Part shown: in pieces, positions 30,107 through 32,000 of the stretch
How positions within the stretch are numbered: the stretch's first letter is position 1
Layout: the number at the start of each line of letters is the position of its first letter
NCBI GenBank assembly: GCA_022646745.1
Contig: CP060262.1
Span: 3,930,001-3,962,000, forward strand
DNA from: Planctomycetales bacterium
GTDB taxonomy: Bacteria; 4484-113; JAFGCY01
DNA length: 32,000 nucleotides
Reading direction: 5' to 3'
Notes under the pieces: model-generated
Database searches by the model: none
The model's input: the letters and a program-made list of their open reading frames with translations, nothing else
Told to the model about the DNA's origin: nothing
Position numbers and translations under genes: made by a program

Positions 30107-31003
30107 GTGCACAGACTGCTACACATCGCCCTGCTGCTGAGCCTGCTGGCAGCAGGCTGCTACAAGCCCGAGGCTGAATCCCACGCCCTCGGCTCCGAGA
30201 AGAACCCCATCACCATGGCCTTCGTGCCCTCGACAGAGGCGGAAAAGGTCGTCAGCTCCGGCGACGAACTGTGCGAGCTGCTTGGTGAGCAGACGGGACT
30301 GCACTTCAAGTCAATGGTGGCAACCTCCTACGTAGGCATCGTCGAGGCAATGGCTGCTGACAAGGTACAGGTCGGCTGGCTGCCTCCGATGGCATACGTC
30401 TTCGCGCATGAGCGCAACGGCGACCAGGCGATCCTCAAGGTGGTGCGCCACGGCAAGAGCAGCTACCGCGGACAGATCCTCGTTGGCACTGACAGCGGCA
30501 TTGAAAGCATCGCCGACCTGAGGGGCAAGCGCATCGCCTACCCGGAGCATGCTTCCACCAGCGGGCACCTCTACCCGGCCACACTGCTGATCGAGGCCGG
30601 GCTGGACCCCGAGGTTGACCTGGAGGAAAGCTACAGCGGCAGCCATGACGCGGCCGTGCTGGCACTGGCCAAGGGCAGCGTTGACGCCGCCTGCTGCTTC
30701 GAGGATGCCCGCCAGAAGCTTGTTGACAACGGCATGGATGACCTGATGCAGACGACGCGCGTGCTGGCATACACGCCTGAGATCCCCGCTGACAACGTGT
30801 CGGTCAGCGCCGGGCTGGACCCGGAACTGACGTCGAAGATCAGCAGCGGGCTGCTCGCGCTGGCAGCCAGCGAGGAAGGCAAGCGGGTGCTGTTTGAGCT
30901 GTATGAGGTGGAAGGGCTGGTCCCGGCGGCTGATGCGGACTACGATCCGGTGAGAAACATGGCGAACCTGCTCGGCCTGGATGTTGAAAAGGAAATTGAC
31001 TGA
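30107..31003 (+). CDS. PhnD-family (phosphonate/phosphite/phosphate-type) ABC substrate-binding lipoprotein, orphan
   Basis: GTG start. Lipobox: LLLSLLAAGC. NPITMAFVPS...YVGIVEAMAADKVQVGWLPPMAYV...YRGQILV...SIADLRGKRIAYPEHASTSGHLYP...GSHDAAVLALAKGSVDAA is the typical PhnD/PBP-2 pattern. No permease or ATPase gene is adjacent. Confidence 0.65.
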   Translation: MHRLLHIALLLSLLAAGCYKPEAESHALGSEKNPITMAFVPSTEAEKVVSSGDELCELLGEQTGLHFKSMVATSYVGIVEAMAADKVQVGWLPPMAYVFAHERNGDQAILKVVRHGKSSYRGQILVGTDSGIESIADLRGKRIAYPEHASTSGHLYPATLLIEAGLDPEVDLEESYSGSHDAAVLALAKGSVDAACCFEDARQKLVDNGMDDLMQTTRVLAYTPEIPADNVSVSAGLDPELTSKISSGLLALAASEEGKRVLFELYEVEGLVPAADADYDPVRNMANLLGLDVEKEID

Positions 31004-31166
31004 ACCCGTTTGACTATTGGCCTTCACGTACGCTTTACCCAATCCACATATTCCCATTTTGCTGAATTCCCTGTATTGATGCGGGCTGAGGCTGCATCTT
31101 CACATACTTCTGTTACACTTCACACAGTGCCGACACATAGTGTGGCGGACGAAGGAGACCATCTAC

Positions 31167-31850
31167 ATGGCTAAGAAGCAGAAGAAGAGTGCCAAGGTCC
31201 ATGCCGGCAAGGGCATCCTGCGCAAGATCCCCAAGCGCAAGCTGAAGGCTGACAAGAAGATCCACAAGCTGGCCCAGCTCACCAACGACGCTGCCGCAGC
31301 TGTCAACAAGGCGATTGCCAAGGCGAAGCAGCACGACAGCCGCGTTTCCAAGCTGGCAGCCAAGCTGCGCACCGAGCTGAAGAAGGCCCGCAAGCAGGCG
31401 CAGAAGGCCCAGAAGGCGATTGACAAGGCCCGCAAGGCCGAGAAGGCCGCCGAGAAGAAGCTCAAGGCCGCAGTCAGCGCTGAACTGAAGAAGATGGCGC
31501 AGGCAGCCAAGAAGGCCAAGGCCGCCAAGGCGAAGAAGCAGAAGGCTGCCAAGGCCGCCAAGCAGCGCGCCCGCAAGCAGCAGAAGGCCGTTGCCAGGAT
31601 GATCAGCAAGCGCCAGCCGGTGGCACTGCTAAATGGCAACATGGGCAAGGGCAAAAAGAAGAAGGGCAAGCAGAGCCTGAAGAAGCTCAGCTCCAAGAAG
31701 CTCATCAAGGCCGCCAGCAAGCTGAAGCTGAACCCGATCAAGGGCAAGCAGAAGGACCGCCAGCTGAAGAAGCTGAAGTATAAGGGCAAGAACGGCAAGG
31801 CCGTGCTGTTCGACATGCGCAAGCTGAAGAAGGGCAAGGTGCCGGTCTAG
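31167..31850 (+). CDS. Lys/Ala-rich histone H1-like (Hc1/AlgP-type) basic nucleoid-associated protein
   Basis: The track ORF starts at GTG 31140. ATG 31167 lies 9 nt after GAAGGAG (31151-31157). The 227-aa product is dominated by K, A and Q (KKAKAAKAKKQKAAKAAKQRARKQQK). It has no hydrophobic core region. A terminator follows. Confidence 0.6.
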   Translation: MAKKQKKSAKVHAGKGILRKIPKRKLKADKKIHKLAQLTNDAAAAVNKAIAKAKQHDSRVSKLAAKLRTELKKARKQAQKAQKAIDKARKAEKAAEKKLKAAVSAELKKMAQAAKKAKAAKAKKQKAAKAAKQRARKQQKAVARMISKRQPVALLNGNMGKGKKKKGKQSLKKLSSKKLIKAASKLKLNPIKGKQKDRQLKKLKYKGKNGKAVLFDMRKLKKGKVPV

Positions 31851-31884
31851 GTTCCTTACCGAGAGTGGTTGAATGAGGAAACAA

Positions 31885-31913
31885 GGGGAGTCCATTACGG
31901 GCTCCCCTTTTTC
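31885..31913 (+). terminator. rho-independent terminator of the H1-like gene
   Basis: ggggagtcc (31885-31893), loop attac, gggctcccc (31899-31907) with one mismatch, then ttttt (31908-31912). Confidence 0.7.
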
Positions 31914-32000
31914 GTGAGGGATCCGGGAAGGGGAATGTGGGATTGGCACAGCCTCCAGTCATAGTGCCCCTCCTTTCTTAGTTAAGCTTCTCAGCCAGTG

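Noticed and set aside
31163-31837. 224-aa antisense ORF, Phe/Leu/Ala-rich, opposite the H1-like gene
   Set aside because: It is a shadow frame of AAG/GCC repeats (CTT/GGC). The sense gene has the SD and the terminator.
31966-31980. cccctcctttctta, resembling the anti-SD 3' end of 16S rRNA (CACCTCCTT)
   Set aside because: The upstream sequence has none of the conserved 16S 3'-domain sequence. It is simply the complement of a minus-strand Shine-Dalgarno (AAAGGAGGGG).
1-32000. Looked for CRISPR arrays, tRNA/rRNA genes, IS elements, integrases, phage genes and ABC ATPase genes
   Set aside because: I found no regularly spaced direct repeats, no tRNA cloverleaf-like T-arm/acceptor candidates, and no transposase- or integrase-like ORFs. 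No ORF has a Walker A/LSGGQ context. The only repeats are gene-level paralogs and the short motifs reported above.

Overview
High-GC (roughly 60%) bacterial chromosomal window. I recognised no rRNA, tRNA, CRISPR array, transposase or integrase. It falls into three blocks. (i) 1-5982, minus strand: a small hypothetical gene followed by five tandem paralogous PQQ/BamB-like beta-propeller proteins, each with a signal peptide, lipobox or membrane anchor. The fifth runs off the left edge and is missing from the supplied ORF track. (ii) 6051-26227, plus strand, divergent from block (i): seven translationally coupled genes, then two giant paralogous lipoproteins. The seven genes comprise five paralogous polytopic membrane proteins resembling ABC-2 (NosY/GldF-type) permeases and three copies of an unrecognised TM-anchored, probably all-alpha soluble module. 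One of those three copies is fused to a permease-like protein. No ABC ATPase is present in the window. The two lipoproteins are about 1365 and 1673 aa; the second has its own candidate promoter, a long leader, very strong codon bias and a canonical terminator. This block, together with the divergent propeller array, is the best candidate for an undescribed cell-envelope system. (iii) 26.5-32 kb: a BsuPI-like lipoprotein, a peroxiredoxin-fold lipoprotein whose catalytic Cys is replaced by Ser, an NrtR-like Nudix/wHTH regulator coupled to a coiled-coil, polyacidic NYN(YacP-like) protein, an orphan PhnD-like binding lipoprotein, and a Lys/Ala-rich histone-H1-like protein. All family assignments rest on reading motifs by eye; no database search was possible.
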